A DNA stretch of 64,000 nucleotides. Origin: Squalus acanthias (Eukaryota). Position 1 is the first letter of the stretch, and every line of letters begins with the position of its first letter. The notes beneath the pieces were generated by a model that was not told the origin of the DNA, did not search any database, and saw only the letters and a list, made by a program, of their open reading frames with translations. Shown in pieces: positions 22,655 through 34,944 of the stretch. The stretch spans positions 171,804,001-171,868,000 of the forward strand of contig CM059425.1 of the NCBI GenBank assembly GCA_030390025.1. The letters are read 5' to 3'. Made by a program: the position numbers and the translations under genes.

Positions 22655-23023
22655 GGCTTGGAAATCGGATTGCACGATTGAGGCAAAGTTTTAATGTGGA
22701 GCTAGGGCGAGCACATTTAGGTAAGTATAACAGTTTTTACTTCCCTTTGTCGTGGCAGCTTTCAGCAGTCATAGACTGCTGATTTGGCTGCTGTGCGCCT
22801 GAGAAAACGGAACCCAATATGGCAAAGGGCGTGAAACAGATGCAAGGCCCCGATTTGCATAGGCATTGAGCCCGAATGCCTGTTTCAGGACCACCCTGAA
22901 CAACTGCAGGGCACCCTAACCAATACGGCATGCGGTGCACTTCTTGTGTGGACTGAGGACATGCATGTTGCACGCTGAATTGGAGCCTGATTAACGGGTG
23001 CTTTGCAATCCAATTTCTAGGTC
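22655..23023. mobile_element. Harbinger-type MITE (old)
   Basis: Imperfect TIRs GGCTTGGAAATCGGATTGCA / TGCAATCCAATTTCTAGGTC; flanks ACT/ATT. Confidence 0.65.
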
Positions 23024-23528
23024 ATTATGTCCAGTCAACATTTCAGTTTAGCGCAGTAGACACGACCGTTTGCTATTTTCCAAGGAGGGATACTTAAGTT
23101 GAGAACACTTGTCATTGCTTCTGTTCACTTATCCATTTACTGGTTTAAAAATCTATTTGATGTATAGCCTTGTCTGGTGAAGTGTTTATTCTGTCAGTTT
23201 CCAAAGTCAAGGAAAATCACACAAAACCAGTAGCTGAAGCAACCAGGATTTTGTGTTTAATCCTTGAGTTCACAACAAATGACCAAGATATTGGGTGGGT
23301 AAAAGAACATGCTGGAGTGAGGGCTTGCCTGCAGGAGTGGTCTAAGACACTTAGACAAGGAAAAATATTTGGAGTAAAAACCCAGAGAAATGGGGGAACA
23401 GATATATTCCTGCCTTGTAGGAAGGCGTGGCCCAGCTAAGGGTGCATCCATATTTAGAATTTAGAGCCTGATGGGGTAATTCCATCCTATATCTGAAACC
23501 TCAGTCATGAAGTGCAATGGAACACCAT

Positions 23529-24350
23529 GGGGGTGATTTTGCCAATGGGGGCGCATTGGGGGCAGGACTGCTGCTTGTCGGGTTTTAGTCCCGCCCCCAA
23601 CGACTTGTGGCCAACCCACGCTATTTTCCCTTGATTGACCTTGTTAAGCCCACCCAGCGGGCTTAGCAGGCCAATTAAGGGAAAGCAGGTGACAGAGAAC
23701 GTCAGCGTATGACGTTTCATCTGTCAAAAATTTTTGACAGATGAATTGTCATCGTTTGACAGCTTTGAGAAGCTGTCAATCACTGACATTCTCTGTTGTT
23801 TGCTGAGTCCTTGTACTCAAGACTCACCAAACCTATTTCCAGAGCAGAAATCAGATGGCTGTTGCATCGGAGAATGCAGCAACCATCTGTCATCTCTGTC
23901 GTGGAGATGCCGGACCAACGATTGAAGCCTGCAGGAAGAAACAAAGCTAAGGAAACTTTTTCCAATACTTTTCACTCACCTCACATACTTACTTCTCCAC
24001 ACTTGCACCCATCACTCACCTCCACAGTGCACCTTTGGACCCCTCTCACCCCCACAGACCCACTGCTCGCCTCGCTGACCATGGCGAGGTTTCCCGACGT
24101 CGGGAAGCCCGCACCTCTGCTGTAAAAATGGGGATGATCCTCTTAACTGCCTGTTAACAGGAAGTTAAGTGGCTGTAATCCCCTTCCGCCTCGAGGAGAC
24201 GGGACCCGACACGGGTTGGGTACCCGCCTCCTGGGAAGATGGCACGAAGGCGGGTTGGGGGCAGGATGGGTACCCGCCCCCAGATTCTGCCATTTTCCCG
24301 GCAGTCCCGCCTCCAAACCCGCCTCCCCAGGGCTGGCAAGATCGCCCCCC
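23529..24350. mobile_element. Harbinger-type non-autonomous element
   Basis: TIRs GGGGGTGATTTTGCCA / TGGCAAGATCGCCCCC; GC-rich subterminal repeats. Confidence 0.75.
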
Positions 24351-24850
24351 TTGTGTTTCTGTAGGAGTTCAGGTCAGCAAAGGTTCTAGACTTATCATAA
24401 ACCCTTGGACCTTGCCCAGAAAAACTCTTTTGCCTCAAAGTTTAGTCGTTGCATTACCAAGGCCCTGGGGCAGTATTGGCCCATGGTCATGATTGTTAGT
24501 ATTCTGTGGGCACATTCTACTGTCAAGTTCACCTTGTTGTCCAGCGCCAGGAAGGATCAGAGGATCTTTTGGATAAAGGGGTTTGGTCTGCTTTTCTCAA
24601 GACCTTGAGGGACACCGAAAGATGTAGATATAGTTGCAGCGTTGTACAAGTCATCGACCTTTATAATCCCTCCATAGTAAGTAGGTCATTTGGCTTTACA
24701 GCACTGTTACCATTTTGTCACCTTCCAGGAAGCTGGTCTCTAGTTCCTGTATCTGGTGTTCTGCCAGGGAGATTGGATTGTAGAGTGCTAAGCGCTCTGT
24801 GTGCATGTCTTCGATTGTAGCAAGAAAACTTCCAGTGATTCTTTATTTGT
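24351..24850 (-). pseudogene. L1/Tx1-type ORF1p relic
   Basis: With frameshifts, the reverse complement gives IQELE..KVDDL..RCNYIYIFGVPQGLEK..VECAHRIL..PRALVMQRLNFEAKE..FADL, matching the L1 ORF1 pattern (DLENR.RR.N.RI.G.PE, ERAHR, PR.II). Confidence 0.65.
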
Positions 24851-24853
24851 TCG

Positions 24854-25522
24854 AAGGATGCGGGAATTGCTGGCATGGCTGCATTTATTGCCCATCCCCA
24901 GTTGCCCTGATAAGATGGTGGTGGGATTTCTCCTTCAACAATTGCATTTTTGGTGATGGTGTTACCTCAATGGTGTTCAGGTAGGAAATTCCAGGGTTTT
25001 GATCCAGTGACAACGAAGAAACAGTGATATGCATCCAAGTCACAATAATGTGCAATTGGAGGGGAACATGGAGGTGACATGATCTTGATTTTGCTGCTGT
25101 CCTTGATACTAGAAGTTACATTCAAATAAGTTTGGTGATTTACCGCAGTACACACTGCAGCCACAATTTACTGGTGGTGTAGAGGTGGGTATTGAGTTTA
25201 CTGGCAAGGGTACCTCTTATTTGAACTGCTCTGTCCTGAATGGTGTCGAGTTCGAGTGCTGTTGCAGCTGCAACCACCCAGGCAAATGCTGAATTATCCA
25301 TTACACCCTTCTTAAGCTTTGTAGATAGTGGTGAGGCTTTGAAAGGTCAGGAGTTGAGCGACTCATCGTAGAGTACCTAGCCGTGGCCCTACTCTGGTAC
25401 CCATAGTGTTGATATTGCTGATCCAGTTAAAACGCCAGTCAATGGTGACCTCCAAGATGTTGATGATTAGGGAATTTGCAATGGTAGTGTCACTGAAAGT
25501 CAGGGGGAGGTGGTCGGGCCTT
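24854..25522 (-). mobile_element. Older 3' fragment of the 37915-41004 LINE family
   Basis: CATTTATTGCCCATCCC tail signature and diverged similarity to 40280-40990. Confidence 0.75.
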
Positions 25523-25540
25523 CAGATCCAGATCTTATTT

Positions 25541-26522
25541 TACATAGGATTACGTAGGATATATGGCACAGAAACAGGCCATTCGGCCCAACCAGTCCAT
25601 GCCCGCGCTTATGCTCCACACGAGCCTCCTCCCGTCTTTCCTCATCTAAATCTATCAGCATAACCCTCTATTCCCTTTTCCCTCATATGCTTCTCTAGCC
25701 TCCCCTTAAATGCTTCCATACTATTCGCTTCAACCACTCCCTGTGGTAGCGAGTTCCACATTCTCACCACTCTTTGGGTAAAGAAGTTTCTTCTGAATTC
25801 CCTATTGGATTTCTTGGTGACGATCTTAAATTGATGGCCTCTAGATTTGCTCTTCCCCACAAGTGGAAACATTCTCTCTGTATCCACGCTATCAAAATTT
25901 CTCATAATTTTAGAGACCTCTATTAGGTCACTCCTCAGCCTTCTTTTTTCAAGAGAAAAGAGACCCAGCCTGTTCATCCTTTCCTGATATGTATACCCTC
26001 ACATTTCTGGTATTATCCTTGTAAATCTTCTCTGCACCCTCTCTATTGCCTCTATATCCTTTTTATAATATGGCGACCAGAACTGTACGCAGTACTTAAG
26101 TGTGGTCTAACCAAGGTTCGATACAGGTTTAGCATAACTTCCCTACTTTTCAATTCTATCCCTCTAGAAATAAACCCGAGTGCTTGGTTTGCTTTTTTAT
26201 GGCCTTGCTAACCTGTGTCGCAACTTTTAGTGTTCCTTTACCCCATCTAGACTCGCACCCTCCAAGTAATAAGTGACCTCCCTATTCTTCCTATCAAAAT
26301 GTAATACCTCACATTTATCGGTGTTGAACTTCATTTGCCATTATGTGCCCATTCTGCAAGTTAATTAATATCCTCCTGTAACTTGTTGCAGTGCTCCTCA
26401 GTATTGACTATCCCTCCCAATTTGGTGTCATCCGCAAATTTAGAAATTGTGTTTTTGATTCCTAAGTCTAAATCGTTAATGTAAATTGTGAACAGCAGTG
26501 GTCCCAGCACTGATCCTTGTTG
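25541..26522 (-). mobile_element. CR1 LINE 3' portion
   Basis: ORF 25642-25977 (LGLFSLEKRRLR, FFTQRVV.MWNSLP); FADD and QGSVLGP upstream; tail like 48480-49025. Confidence 0.9.
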
Positions 26523-27349
26523 TCCAGGATTATTTCCTATGGTTGAATGTCATGTTGTACCAGTTTGTTGCTGTTTCAGGATACGTTGTAATCAGAGGCT
26601 GGTGAGCCTGGTCTTCTATGGGTGGTGCTTGGGCTTGTGTTGATGTGGTTGTTAGTCTGGGTAGCAGGGAATCATGGGAATTGGTTGGTTGCAGGGAAAA
26701 ATCCTGCCTACTGCGGAGTGCAGCAAAGCAGTCTGTTTAGGACAGGTAGCAATTGATTGAAGAACATTGCCCTGTCTTTGTTCTCTCTCAGGGATGGATG
26801 GAAATTGTTGGGAGTATCATATCTGCTCTCTCCTGCGATCAGGTCTGGGTTTAAGAGCAGGTTTGAAGTGAAGGAACAAAAGAGCAGTGTGCTCTTGTTG
26901 CGGTTTGGGATTTGAAGGTTGTCTTGTTGTTTCCTTTGGTGAGAAAAACTGTGCATTGCATATTTTGCCAGTTTTCTCAGCTCCATGTAGTAGTTTTAAA
27001 AGTAGGAACCGCTGTCAGGGCCTGCAGCTTTCACTTTAAAGAGCTGCTCAGATCATAACATCACTGGAACCTCATGGTTTAGATTTCTACGTACAAGACT
27101 CGCTGAATAAATAAATGAAAAACGACAATACTAAGGCTTGAAATTCATCTTAGCACAGAAACAGTACATTAAATGAGAGCTCATTTATTTGACCATTTAT
27201 TATTTTTAAACATACTGGTAGGAATGAACACCTTACTCTGTGAGCTTTCTGAAAGCTTAAGTGAGTTAAGGAACATTAAAAATAGCACACAACTTAAAAC
27301 GCAATCCAAAACTTCTGCAACAGTGCTGATTAACGAGTTAAGCAGACAC

Positions 27350-27850
27350 AGAAGGATATACTTGCCTCAGAGGTGTTGCAACAAAGATTCACTAGATTGA
27401 TTCCTGGGATGAGAGGATTGTCCTGAGGAGAGATTGAGTAGAATGGGCCTATACTCTCTGGAGTTTAGAAGAGAGGTGATCTCATTGAAACATATAAATT
27501 CTGAGGGGGATTGACAGGGTAGATGCTGAGTGCTGAGAGGTTGTTTCCCCTGGCTGGAGAGTTGAGAACTAGGGGGCATAGTCTCAGGATAAGGGGTCGG
27601 CCATTTAAGACTGAGAGGAGGAGGAATTTCTTCACGCAGAGGGTTGTGAATTTTTGGAATTCTCTACTCCAAAAGGTTTGTATATTCAAGGCTGAGATAG
27701 ATAGATTTTTGGACTCATGGGGAATCAAGGGATATGGGGATCGAGCGGGAAAGTGGAGTTGAGGTCGACGATCATCCATGATCTTATTGAATGGCGGAGC
27801 AGGCTCGAGGGGCCGTATGGCCTACTCCTGCTCCTAATTCTTATGTCCTT
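27350..27850 (+). mobile_element. CR1 3' fragment
   Basis: RTRGHSLRIRG..FFTQRVVNFWNSL; 3' UTR near-identical to 9830-9935. Confidence 0.9.
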
Positions 27851-27852
27851 AC

Positions 27853-28255
27853 TACAACAACAACAACTGCATTTATATAGCGCCTTTAACATAGTAAAAA
27901 CGTTCCAAGGCGTTTCACAGGAGCATTATCAGGCAAAATGTGCCATCAAGCCACATAGAGATATTAGGACAGATGATCAGAAGTTTGATCGAAGTGATAG
28001 GTTTTAAGGAGCAATGTAAAAGGAGGAGAGGTAGAGAAGCGGAGAGGTTTAGGGAAGGAATTCCAGAGTGTAGGGCTGAGGCAGCTGATGGCACAGCCGC
28101 CAAATGGTGGAGCGATGAAAATTGGGAATGCACAAGGGGCCAGAATTGGAGGAGCGCAGAGAACTCAGAAGATTGTAGGGCAGCAGCATTTTGGATGAGC
28201 TCAAGTTTACGGAGTGTGGAAGGCGGGAGGCCGCCAGGAAAGCATTGGAACAGAT
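27853..28255 (-). mobile_element. L2 3' fragment
   Basis: (CAA)n-CTGCATTTATATAGCGCC tail; LRKLELIQNAAA; matches the reverse complement of 15790-16042. Confidence 0.85.
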
Positions 28256-28469
28256 AGCACTTGAACAGCACAAATAGCTGACGATTATAATACACTGTCT
28301 CAATTCTCATACATTCTGTTGGCAAGGTACTTCACAATCAGGTAACATTTGCATGAAGGCACAATAACTGTGCTGCAGCCTAAAATGCACAGTAGGAAAT
28401 GCCTGCTCATTCGGTGCATATTTTTCATCTCCTTACAGAATGAAGGATATAAAATGAAAGAAAGAAACA

Positions 28470-28890
28470 AAGACAGAAACACAGATTAGCATTTATATAG
28501 CGCCTTTCTAGACCTCAGGAAGTCCCAAAGCGCTGGCAGGCAATGAAGTACTTTTTCTGTGTAGTCATTGTTGTAATACAGGAAATGGGGCAGCCAATTT
28601 GCGCACAGCAAGATCTCACAAACAACAATGTGATAATGACCAGATAATCTGTTTCTTTGGAGAGGGGTTTAAGTGATTTTGATTGAGGGATAAATATTGG
28701 CCAGGACACCAGGGATAACTCCCCTGCTCTTCTTCTAAATAGCGTCATCCGAAAGACGGCATCTTCAACAGTGCAGCACTCCCTCAGTTCTGGAGTGCCA
28801 GCCTAGATTTTTATGCTCAAGGAGTGGGACTTGAACCCACAACCTTCTGACTCAGAGGCGAGAGTACGACCAACTGAGCCACAGCTGACA
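28470..28890 (-). mobile_element. DeuSINE (SacSINE1-like)
   Basis: tRNA head (CAGCTGTGGCTCAGTTGG...GGTTCAAGTCCC), Deu-like core (AGCAGGGGAGTTATCCCTGGTGTCCTGGCCAA) and L2-type tail. Confidence 0.8.
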
Positions 28891-29422
28891 TTTAAAGACA
28901 CTGAGGGTAGATAAACGGCAGGGTTCCGGTCAGAACCCGTCACACTCTTTGAAGAGGCGCTCATGGAAGCCATTGGTTGGTGGGCGATAGTTGGCATAGG
29001 TGACATGCAAGCTGGAGGAGAGGAATATAGTCCTGATGTATATACATGCATAATACTTTGGCGGTGGTTGCACAGTTAGAATGTTCATAGTGTGGTTATC
29101 CTTTCCTATATAAATTACATATAATGTTGCCCATGGCTGAATAGGTAAATGGCTGCAGTTACTCGCATACTGTACCCTGGCAATATCACACTTTTTAACG
29201 AGCCCTGTGTCTCCCCATCTGCTACTTCATAAGGGTGCAGAAGACCAGCATGTCAAAACTGGGCATCAGTAACCTCAGTTATGCAGCAGCAAAGCACAAA
29301 TTGGCTCTTCCTTGCCAATTCTCAGCCGTTAAGTGGAAGGACTCAGTGGCAAAAAGCATTAAATCCTATTGTCACCTTTACAGTACTGGGAGCCTTGTAC
29401 TAATTTTACATTTTAGCAGGAA

Positions 29423-29560
29423 TAAAAACAGAAAATGCTGGAAATACTCAGCAGGTCAGGCAGCATCTGTGGAGAGAGAAACAGAGCTAACGTTTCAGGT
29501 CGATGACCTTTCGTCAGAACTTTATTTCAGATTTCCAGCATCCACAGTATTTTGCTTTTA
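29423..29560 (-). mobile_element. Penelope pseudo-LTR mini-element (family B) with hammerhead motif at 29485-29521
   Basis: Reverse complement AGTT-CTGACGA-A-AGGTC(ATC)GACCT-GAAA-CGTT-AGCT; short inverted tail at 29521-29560. Confidence 0.85.
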
Positions 29561-30766
29561 CATCTTAGCAGGCATGGTTTCAAGAGACGGCCTCTGTGTC
29601 CTTGTTAGGCATTGTCTTCTTGGTGGGGTGACAGTAGCTTTGTCATCTGCTCTAGCTGGGATAGTAGAAGGTCTTGGTGATCCTCCTTCAATGGTCGCAG
29701 ATGTCCTTAGCTCTGCCCCCATGTTCATAAAGTGAGACTTGCAGATGCAACATGCTATAGAGCAGAAGCTGGTCCCCTGCTCCATTCTGTGCAGGACCAC
29801 TGCAGACTCACTCTTAGATGTCTTAATGTTGATAACAGATAGGCTGAGGCAAGCATTAGCAAATTGCCTTTAATTGATGTTCAGCAGGCTCTTAACAAGC
29901 CAAAACATTAATACTGGATGTGTATATTAATGTGCATCAAACTGGATTACTTCCTGAAGCGATTTTAAGAGTGTGGACAAAAATTAGTGCATGCTCCATA
30001 ACTGAAAACACAAAATTGCAATACATTAAATTATAATAGTGTGTGCTTTAGCTCTAATAGACAGAAACATTTCACATGGGTTAGTCAGTATCGTGAGTTT
30101 AAATATAAATAATTTCTCAAAAAGAAATACTGGATTTCCTGTTAAATTACACTGGTTGTGTCTTTTTTGGATAACCAAAATCTATCACGGTTGTTTATTT
30201 CTTTACATAAACTTGGAGATGGTGAGAACCTGCCGTTCATAGCACTAAGCAAGTGTGGAGATATTAAATGTATTTCCTTCATTGCTAGTTCACAGAATGG
30301 CAATATCGTATGAAAGTTATGCAACCTGGTCAATAGGCATGATTAATAGGCTGATACTGGAGCTGACCTGATGCTCTGACCGCCAGGGTAAATATGATGA
30401 ATGCTGCATTCTGAATCAGTCCTGGCATAAAGTAAACCCACCTCTGGAGTAGGTGACTTTATTTAATCCCAACCAAATAGAGGCAACATAAATGAAAGGA
30501 CTCGCATAAAAAAAACCAGAAATTATTTTAGTTTTAAAGTTTAGATTGGAGAATGGGTTGAACGACTAGTAGATACTAGCCAATCGACCCATTACACCAT
30601 GTCATGTTACATTGAAATAAATTTTAGTTTATTTGCACAATATGTGTTGACATTAATTAGTGCATCTAATTATATGTGCATGCACACAAAATATAAAACC
30701 ATGACAGTGCACCTACCTTGCTGAGAGCCAGCAATGTAAGTAAATAAATAATGCTTCAATCTAAAG

Positions 30767-30950
30767 GACTGTGTGGTGCAATGGCACACTTCCCCTTTCA
30801 CCCTTCAGACTGCAAATCCAGCCCAGACTTAGAAAATAAAAGGATCCTCTTCTTTGATACAAGTCAGAGCAATGTGCAACCACATATAATGAATTGAGAA
30901 GGAACATCACAGCAATTCCTAGACATGGAGTGGAGGTATGCTTGCACCTA
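30767..30950 (+). mobile_element. Ancient tRNA-SINE (LF-SINE-like head), highly diverged
   Basis: TGTGGTGCAATGG...CCTTTCACC...CAAATCCAGCCCAG resembles LF-SINE-type heads. Confidence 0.4.
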
Positions 30951-31288
30951 CTATATAAAATGAAATGCATGAAATGACTTTAACGTGTCTCCGTTCAGTT
31001 GTGCAGGTACAAGTCCATAACACAAAACTACCTTGGCACAAGAGAGCAAGACACACACTGTTGATTTGCTCTGCATCCTGCACCTGTCTTGCGAGTGCTT
31101 GATTCTGACACTAGGTGCCCCCACCTCAACATGCATAAAATTCATCAAAAATAGTTCCAGTATCTGCAAATTTCACTTCTGCGTTGTGATCAAAATATTA
31201 GGCTAACAATGACCTCGCACTGTGTAACAATTTACCCCGTTAAAATCAATGTGACCATTATACCTTTCCAAATCTCCAAAGATATTAC

Positions 31289-31333
31289 CTTTCTAACAGT
31301 TTGTTCAAGCTTCACACCCACACTGTATCCCAC
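31289..31333 (-). other. Candidate 45-nt coding exon of an unidentified host gene
   Basis: Pyrimidine tract + TTTTCAG|G acceptor and AAG|GTAATA donor; one open frame VGYSVGVKLEQTVRK; protein not recognised. Confidence 0.25.
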
Positions 31334-31758
31334 CTGAAAACAGTCGACAAAGCAAAAAAAATATGGCTGTCATACTCGTCTGAACGCCCTGGAAACATGA
31401 TGGAAATGTTAATTCTATGAATTGTCAGGAAACTGCCATGCCATTTCTGTAAGGATGATTTGAATATTTTAAATGCAGCTTGTGCATTTTACAAAAGGGA
31501 TACTTAGCCCTTCTTACTTAACAACAGTTTTTGCAGATGTTCAGACAAAATTAACATATTTAATGGTAAACTACTCACAGGACATGTACAGAAAGATACT
31601 AAATTAGATCTGACTCAATTTCTTGGACGCATCATCAGCTTGTCTGACAAACCTCCTTCCAGAAATTTATGGTGAGAAGCTCCAATCAACGATTGCCATT
31701 GAACATGATACATAATTTGCTGAGATGTTCAGGTTTCATGTAAAACTTACAACACATT

Positions 31759-32306
31759 GGCCTAGAAATTCGATGGCGCTGAACCTGTTTTTCAGACGCA
31801 AAACAGGTACCTAATACTTATACTGCGGATCTAATCACCTGGTTGCCAGAAAAATAAATAGCTTGTCATTCAACAAATCAGACACGCACTGAACTGGAGG
31901 CAAGCTATTAATTTTCATAAAATACAAGGATCAGGGAGGCAATTTTTTAAAAAATCAGAAAAAAATCTAAATTCCTTCAACAATTTTAAGTGTTTTGCCA
32001 CTCTTCCCATTCCAGGCACCCAGTGTCAGTTCGGTAGCACAGCCAGAGACAGATACAGCTTCTTTTACTCTTCCCCAATAACAAGCCTCAGCCTCGGAAG
32101 AGCATCTACTGCACCGGAGTGGCAATTTCTACCATTTCCCACACCAGCCAATTTATGAAGATATAGGGGGTTTGGTTTCTGCTGTCGGCTCAGGCCCACA
32201 AAGAACTGACTATGACTGCCGAATCTCATTTCAAAAAAGAATGTTAAAACTAAATAAACCCACACCTAGATTAAGTACAGATTTTAGGATCGATATTTCA
32301 AGAGCC
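31759..32306. mobile_element. Harbinger-type MITE (old)
   Basis: GGCCTAGAAATTCGAT start and degenerate ATCGATATTTCAAGAGCC end. Confidence 0.5.
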
Positions 32307-32597
32307 ATCTCCATTCTGTGAGTCATTCAGCAATATTCATCAGCCAACCACCTAATTTCCTCTTCCCTCTAGGATAACACCCAAAAGAAGCACTAGATTA
32401 TGTAATAGGATACACTTACTTTACAGAGTCACAAGGGGAAGCACTAAGGGAATAAACACTAATTAATAAAACACCCAGCACAGTTAGAGTAATTAATTTT
32501 TGAAATTGGATTTCCACTTTGTGCAGAAAGCTAATTTGTACTGGGGCAGATTTCTGCAGCAGAAGATGAACGGATGGGGATCCAATGTTGCTGAGGT

Positions 32598-32968
32598 TAA
32601 GAAAGAAAGACTTGTATTTATATAGCGCCTTTCACCACCTCAGGAGGTCCCAAAGCATTTCCAGCCAATGACGTACTTTTGAAGTGTAGTCATTGTTGTA
32701 ATGTAGGAAACATGGCAGCCAATTTGTGCACAGCAAGGTCCCACAAACAGCAATGTGATAATGACCAGGTAATCTGTTTTAGTGATAGTGTTTGAGGGAT
32801 AAATATTGGCCAGGACACCAGGGAGAACTCCCCTGCTCTTCTTCGAATAGTGTGTGGGATCTTTTACGTCCTCCGAAAGACAGCATCTCCGACAGTGCAG
32901 TACTTCCTGAGTACTGCACTGAAGTGTCAGCCTAGATATTGTGCTCAAGTCTCTGGAGTGGGACTTGG
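32598..32968 (-). mobile_element. DeuSINE (SacSINE1-like)
   Basis: Collinear with 28470-28890 and 56685-57121. Confidence 0.8.
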
Positions 32969-34320
32969 AGGAATTTAAAGACAAGAACAAGAATTTTAAA
33001 TTTGAGGTGTTGGGCAACCAGGTGCAATGTTGGTCAGCAAGGATGGGGTGGGAGATGGATGAGCAGGAAGTCAGCTCGAAGTCGAACAGGATGCCAAGGA
33101 TATGAGTAGTTGGGTTCAGCCCAAGATTGTGTTTAGGGAGGAGGATAGAGATAGTGCCAAGAGAGCAAGGTTTACGGTGGAGGCCGAAGACTACAGCTTC
33201 AGTGTTTTCAATGTTTAGCTGGAAGAATTTATGGCTCATCCAGACTTAATGACAGACAAGAAGTCTGACAGCATAGAGCCAGTGGAGGGGTGGGAAGAGG
33301 TGGTTGAGAGATTGAGCTGGGTGTCATCGGTTATACATCTGGAAGATGAGCCCATGTCTGTGATGTTGCCAAGGGGCGGCATGTAGATGAGGAAGGGGGG
33401 GACAAGGATGGATCCTAGAGACACTCCGGAGGTGATGGCGCGAGGCTGCAAAGAGACATCATTGCTAGAAAAGCAAGATAAAAGTGGTATCGAGCCAGGG
33501 CAGTCCCATGGAGCTGGACAACAGAGAGGCAAGGTCGTGGAGGAAAATGGTCTGGTCAACCTTGTCAAAAGCTTTATAGAGGTTGAGGAGAAATAATGCA
33601 CAGTGTCACAGTCACAGAGAATGTTCTTCATGCCTGATTGGAGACATTTTGGTGGCATGGAGGGGCAGAAACTGGAGTGCAGAGATTCAAACAGGTAGTT
33701 GTGGGAGAGATGGGCACGGATCTGGGAAACAACTAGACATTCAAGAATCCTGCAGAGGAAAAAGAAGATGGAGATGGGCTGGTAGTTAGCAAGGGCAGAG
33801 GGGTTGACAGTGTTTTTTTGTTGGGCTGGTGAGAGCAGTTTGTAAAGGGAGGGGTATAGTACCCGAGTAGACGGAACCATTTACAATGCCATTTAGCATG
33901 GGGACCAAGAAGGGATGTTGAGTATTCAGGAGTTTAGTAGGAATGGGGTTAAGGGAGCAGGATTTAAAAAACTAAGATGAGGGGGCATGAGAGGAAATAG
34001 GAGAGAAACTAGAGAAAGACATGGGTTCAGGGTTAGGACAGGCGCAGCCTTGAGGGAGATTTGGTTTGGTGAGCAAATGGAAGAAGTGGAATCACCAGAG
34101 CCAGCTAAACAGATGATCTCAATGGGGTTAAGGAAGCAGGAGGTAGATCTCATAGACGAGGTAATCTTGGAGACCGCAGGGGGTGGTGAGAGAAACTAGA
34201 GAAATGGGGGTTCCGGGCTACAGTAAAGGGGAGTAAGCAGGTTTGGTGTAGGGGGCAAGGGGAGGGAGTGGAAGCAGTGAAGGAAACGCAACAGATGGCC
34301 TCTGTCTCGGTGATTAAGAA
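32969..34320 (-). mobile_element. L2 LINE, degenerate
   Basis: ANYQPIS, ITSGVSLGSIL.PPFLIYM, TDDTQL, LGILFD.EL remnants in ORFs 33236-33880 and 32640-33239. Confidence 0.85.
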
Positions 34321-34944
34321 ATACAAGAGTTGCTCATTTTGAGAAACTTGTTACAATTCTTTAAGTCTTGGAGTTTGTGGATAAAAGGATCTCTGTTAGA
34401 CATTTATATGGGGCTTTGTTGGCAGAAGGTGAAAAAAATATATATATATATATATATTTAAATTTTCAATAATTAAAATGTGAATTTTTCAGTTACTTGG
34501 AAATTGCAATTAGATGCATTCATGTGAATTCAAATGCAAAAAGCAAAAATGTAATACTTCTCGAAGGGAATGATCTTTAAACTTTTGGGATACATTTCAC
34601 AAAATATATCCTATCTTGATATGGTAAAAGCATGCCTTCAAGTGCTTCACAAGAGCAGCAGAAAGTAGGTTCACCACTTCATTCATCATACAAGTTCCTG
34701 AGCTCATTCAGGAGAAATGGAGAGCCAGTTTTTCATACTTCCCTTTCTACCTGTCCATCCCCTTCCCCTTTAGCTATTCACTCAATCTCCGTCATGTATG
34801 TCTTTTTTATTTCTTTGATTTCTTTCAATATGTCTCCTATTGTCTCATGTGAATATCACCTGCCATTTACTCATCTCCTTTTACCCACTTGAGCATTTTA
34901 CAAGTCATACTATTTATTTTCCTGTTTCTGTGGTTACACTGGGG

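Noticed and set aside
29235..29800. 166-aa and 80-aa ORFs
   Set aside because: The longer ORF reads through a Penelope pLTR; neither has a recognisable domain.
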